Assembly: GCA_049724395.1 (NCBI GenBank) | Contig: JAUGWO010000045.1 | Span: 248,001-304,775, forward strand | Length of the DNA stretch: 56,775 nt | Direction of reading: 5' to 3' | From: Spongospora subterranea f. sp. subterranea | Lineage: Eukaryota | Shown: positions 53,010-56,775 of the stretch, one piece after another | How the letters are laid out: every line of letters begins with the position of its first letter | How positions within the stretch are numbered: position 1 is the stretch's first letter | Translations under genes and position numbers: made by a program | Notes under the pieces: generated by a model | The model's input: the letters and a program-made list of their open reading frames with translations, nothing else | The model's database searches: none | What the model was told of the DNA's origin: nothing

Positions 53010-53529
53010 GCACCACAGTGATGATCACACCGCCTCCTGTCAAGTGTCAACTAGCACTCGGGTTCGAGGCCGAGCATCACCTGACAGGGGCGTGGGGGAT
53101 ATGAGTGTAACAGTACACACCAGAACCTGCACAGTACTGCACAGTACACACCAGAACGACGCTGCAATCACTGCAGTTGTTGAACACGTTACGTTATACC
53201 TATTTCAGGTTCACGCACTTGAAGTGTACCACTGTGACTGTCGTTTTGGCGACTGTAGATGTTCCAAACACAGTGCGTGAGAGCCGTGCAGTATTTTGAT
53301 GTTTGGAATTTTAAACAATTTTTGAAATTCAAGAATTCACAATTGAGTTGCCGACAAACACACGGTCAGCTGGGTTGCTGCGGCCATAAAAATCCTTGTC
53401 CATAAAGTCACTGGCGCGCAAGTGCCCAACATTATTGTCGTCGAAACGGCTCAAGAAAGAAAGACTCAGATTTTGTATTTGACATTAAGTCTTAACGGCT
53501 TAAAGCAGCGATCCGAACAGAATGAGGGA

Positions 53530-54075
53530 TTCCATGAAACTGGTTATTTCAATTTTTGATCGTAAACGTCATTCAATGAGCGACTAATTTGGCCATCCAA
53601 TTTTGTGGATGAACGAATGTCGGTATTCGACGAATTTTCGAAGGGCCTGCGTGGCTTCGTCAACCTGCGTAATAGAATGCATTTCGAAAGACCCTAATGG
53701 GCGAAAGATCAGTATGTGGATTGACAACTGTGGCGGGCACAACGACACCGAAGAGTCGCAAGATGTCCTTGTCACAAAGAACAGTTATTCGGCGATTTGC
53801 ATCGAACGCCACGAATCTGGTCCAGCTGTGATAAGCAAAATCAAAGACGCGTGGATATGATTCACAGAGGGAGGTGGTCTGACGCGGGTGGCAAGGGCGG
53901 TGCATCTTCTGGCAAGTTGCTCACCAGGCAAGATTTTTTTCCTCCAGCTTGCGGTAATTCGCAGCGAGACGCGAATGGGTTAAAAAAGCGATGATCCGTT
54001 GCGGTTGTCGCTGGATATCAACGGTCAATGGAGCGAGCAACAGCCCTCTCGCGAACTCCAGGTTATCCTGCGTAC
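53530..54075 (+). mobile_element. Decayed pogo-like (Tc1/mariner superfamily) DDE transposase fragment
   Basis: Read through frameshifts: PNGRKISMWIDNCGGHN, RRFASNATNLVQ, VISKIKDAW, SGKLL.PGK.FFLQLA, KAMIRCG and SLDINGQW. Confidence 0.7.
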
Positions 54076-54425
54076 CTTGAAGGACGTCCAGTCGAAAGTG
54101 GGAAATTTAAATAAAGCAAGAGCACGTCACCCGTGAGACACCGTTTTTCGATCAGACGTCATCCCATTCGCCTCAAGTCTTACAACGCCCTGAATGGTGC
54201 CATCTCCTACTCTAATGTCGATGATCGCGCTGCCAGCCATCTGTAATGTTCACTGCATACTGTGCAATATAGTTTTGCAATGATTTGACTGTGCCACAGG
54301 CATTAGTGTGACCCTAGCGTGCGAGTGTCCAAACATCTCGCGCGGTAGAAAAAGCCACCGAATAATGTGGCTCACACTATTTCCTATGAGGTGTCGAAAT
54401 TGAGAAGGTTGACAATTAGTGTGAC

Positions 54426-55652
54426 TCACACTAAACACGGTTGACGGTGTACCAAATTATCCTGCACTGAAGCATTGGAAACCAATTCAGCGTCCGGCGC
54501 CTCCTGTAAATGCCTCTGGATAAAATACGGCCAATCCTTGACATATTCCTTGATTATCCTCTCGGTTTTGCGCCAAGGCATAGCTTCGAGAGCGTGAACA
54601 CGACACGCACAGTCTGCAGGAGAATAACATTTGAATAGATTGATCTCCTGAAAACGTCGCCTAAGTGACAACAAAAACTGATCACCATTGCGATGATCGT
54701 TGAAGCATTCGTGCATAGTGAAGTTCGAAGAGACGATGACATGTAAAGGACGAATCTTGCGATAACCGCCCTTGAATTGAACCAACACGGGACGCGCGTC
54801 CGCAACATTCTCCACCATCGAAATCAACGCAATGATGTTGGCTGGCTGCCATTCAGAAAAAACAACAACCTTTTCGTCGGCATATCCGTCCCACCATTTC
54901 GTACAATCTTTTTCAAAAACGTTTTCGCTCCCGAAAAACCGAAACCAGGTCTCGGATTTGCCCACACCGGTCGGGCCCCCAATCCATATATTACGCAGCG
55001 CATCCAAACTGTTAAGCTGACGGAGACAAGCTCCGCGCTTCTCAATAGAATTGATAGCACTCTGGTACCGAACATAAAAAGAGGCATCAATCTCCTCTGC
55101 ACGACCCTGAAATGCCATCGCACGATAATTCTTCCAACGCTCCCGCTCCATTCCACCCTTCTGTTTGGAAGAAACAGGGGGGACACCGAACTCCTCGAAA
55201 TCCTTCCCTTTCGAACAATATATAAAACTCTGAGCCGCATCGCCTTTCGCGGGCGCCACCGTGAGAAGATACGGCCAGAAATCACCAATCAAACCCTGCT
55301 TGGTTTTCTGATTTTTGAAATACATATATGCTTGTAAATGAGGCCGCTCCGTCCGAGAACCGACTTCACGTCTAAATATGTAATACGACGCCGACGATTG
55401 ACGAAACTTGACTTCCGCACCATCAAACGTCGTCTCAGTGCCCAAGTGAACGGTCAAAACCCATCCTCTCGACTTCACATTGCCATCAGCAGCGCGAGGA
55501 GGACCCCCAGGTTGCCTCCGCCCACAATTACCCCTTCGAAGGTTAGCTGGAGACTCCACTGACAACGCACGGTCCACAAGAACCTGTTCTTGTCCTGTTT
55601 GAACCATTAGGATCTCACGCACATTTTGGGATCTCAGCAAGCATGACTGCAT
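54426..55652 (-). CDS. rep: CRESS-DNA virus-type replication initiator Rep (HUH endonuclease plus SF3 helicase), endogenous viral element
   Basis: Motif I WVLTVH, motif II PHLQAY, motif III YCSK, Walker A GPTGVGKS, WWDGY with Walker B VVFSEW, KGG..IRP, motif C IVSSN and Arg finger LRRRF. Intact and intronless. The second ATG at 55607 is an alternative start. Confidence 0.96.
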   Translation of the reverse strand: MQSCLLRSQNVREILMVQTGQEQVLVDRALSVESPANLRRGNCGRRQPGGPPRAADGNVKSRGWVLTVHLGTETTFDGAEVKFRQSSASYYIFRREVGSRTERPHLQAYMYFKNQKTKQGLIGDFWPYLLTVAPAKGDAAQSFIYCSKGKDFEEFGVPPVSSKQKGGMERERWKNYRAMAFQGRAEEIDASFYVRYQSAINSIEKRGACLRQLNSLDALRNIWIGGPTGVGKSETWFRFFGSENVFEKDCTKWWDGYADEKVVVFSEWQPANIIALISMVENVADARPVLVQFKGGYRKIRPLHVIVSSNFTMHECFNDHRNGDQFLLSLRRRFQEINLFKCYSPADCACRVHALEAMPWRKTERIIKEYVKDWPYFIQRHLQEAPDAELVSNASVQDNLVHRQPCLV

Positions 55653-55761
55653 GAGATCCAGTGCACAATTACATGTAAATACACTTATTGTATTAAGCGC
55701 TTCAAAACTTTAAACGCGCTTTTAAAGTTTTAAAGCGCTTTACGCGCATTTTAGGATCTCA
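55610..55761. promoter_or_regulatory. Putative CRESS origin/intergenic region with hairpin and iteron-like repeats
   Basis: GGATCTCA at 55610, 55629 and 55754, and inverted at 55652. A 20-bp stem 55695-55714/55721-55740 matches at 19/20. No canonical nonanucleotide in the loop. Confidence 0.6.
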
Positions 55762-55789
55762 TTCTCATTAGGTCTAGCCGCATATACCG

Positions 55790-56125
55790 AGATTGCAACA
55801 ACGAGACTGATTTTATTCGGTCAAACGTCTCAGATATTGGAAAAGATGGGGCAAGACTCGAGGAGTTTTTCGATCATTCCGAAAGAATATGGATCAAGAA
55901 GTATTCCCCGAACGATTGGATCATCTCGCGTCAGATTGGTAAATAGGAGGTTTTCAATAAAACGAACAATCCGTTGGAACGGTACAATTCTTTTTTCGAA
56001 TTCCCCTTTTCCGAGTGCTCATCCTAGGTTGGCTCATTTCGTGGGGACCTTGCGGCAACAGTCGAACAATCAGCTGCAGAAAATTGCAGGACTGTCGTTC
56101 TGGTAGGAATAAAGCGCCTCCCCGT
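55790..56125 (+). mobile_element. Decayed Mutator-like (MULE) transposase C-terminal fragment
   Basis: FFDHSERIWIKKYSPNDW, stop, NKTNNPLERYN, then after a frameshift FPSAHPRLAHFVGTL and GRNKAP. This matches the TNN.LE..N motif of MULE transposases. Confidence 0.7.
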
Positions 56126-56775
56126 AGACCGACGTTTACTCCAACATCATCGTTGATTTCGCATTCGTACAAGTCATTTTTATTGAACCGATGTGTTTCA
56201 CAAGAACCTGTTCAAATCGCATCCAATCTTGATATCAGTAGGGTGTTCCAACTAAAATCACCCTCGTATACTGAAAGTGCTGGCAATATAGCATCTGACG
56301 ATAGATATGGTGTTCCAGAAATGGCACGGTTATCGTCCATCACAAACGCTACGACGTGTGGATTGCACCTTGCTACAGCTTTGACCTCCTATGGCGAACC
56401 TTCCCCTAAAGGCACGTGATCAATATAGCTGCTTTCATTAATCCAAGTAATTTCGTAGGTGAACATGGTTGTCGGACGTTGCGTACAACACCTCCTGAGG
56501 GTCAGAAATATAATGTTCTTACCAAAGAATCATTTTCGACAAGTATGAATGATGATTGCTCAAGCGGTTCAAAATCAAGTTTTGGCGTCGACACTGGCGG
56601 GACAATGGGTTCAAATATTCAAGGTATCAAAGCCGAGTTTGTTTTTGTCTAGTGATTCTGTGCGCTTCAGAGAAGGATTGTGGTGTCTTCTCCATCCCCA
56701 ACCCTGTTTCGAATCATACGGATACAAGTACCGGGTATAGGTACAGATGGTTATTATGGCATATATTAGCTGAAA

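Noticed and set aside
54980..55390. TATTAC-containing nonamer-like strings inside the Rep ORF
   Set aside because: They lie in coding sequence without flanking stems, so they are not credible origins.
56126..56775. Capsid gene for the CRESS element
   Set aside because: Only short ORFs broken by stops are present, with no Arg-rich N-terminus or recognisable capsid motif. A highly decayed capsid cannot be excluded without profile searches.

Overview
This is a gene-dense eukaryotic nuclear region with short GT-AG introns (mostly about 45-70 nt). Chitin synthase, flagellar-type genes (CFAP119-like, FAM228-like) and compact intergenic spacing point to a zoosporic, chitin-making protist, most plausibly a plasmodiophorid such as Spongospora or Polymyxa. 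That host assignment is inference only. About 23 host protein genes are supported, including chitin synthase, cystathionine gamma-lyase, ARPC1, MPP6, GH20 hexosaminidase, METTL16, SQT1/AAMP, mitochondrial IF3, BRAP2, a Na+:solute symporter, ERO1, GH3 beta-glucosidase and a CUE-Smr nuclease. There is also one tRNA with a CCG anticodon. The standout is at the right end: an intact, intronless Rep of CRESS-DNA (circular ssDNA) virus type at 54426-55652 (- strand), with HUH motifs I-III and SF3 helicase motifs. Upstream of it are a 20-bp hairpin and four GGATCTCA iteron-like repeats, and a 19-bp palindrome overlaps its stop codon. No capsid gene is recognisable. The unit sits between decayed pogo-like and MULE-like transposase remnants. 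Enlarged intergenic gaps hold a Gypsy remnant, several long foldback elements, a candidate structured RNA of about 800 nt and a minisatellite. Exon boundaries and gene ends were read by eye and are approximate.
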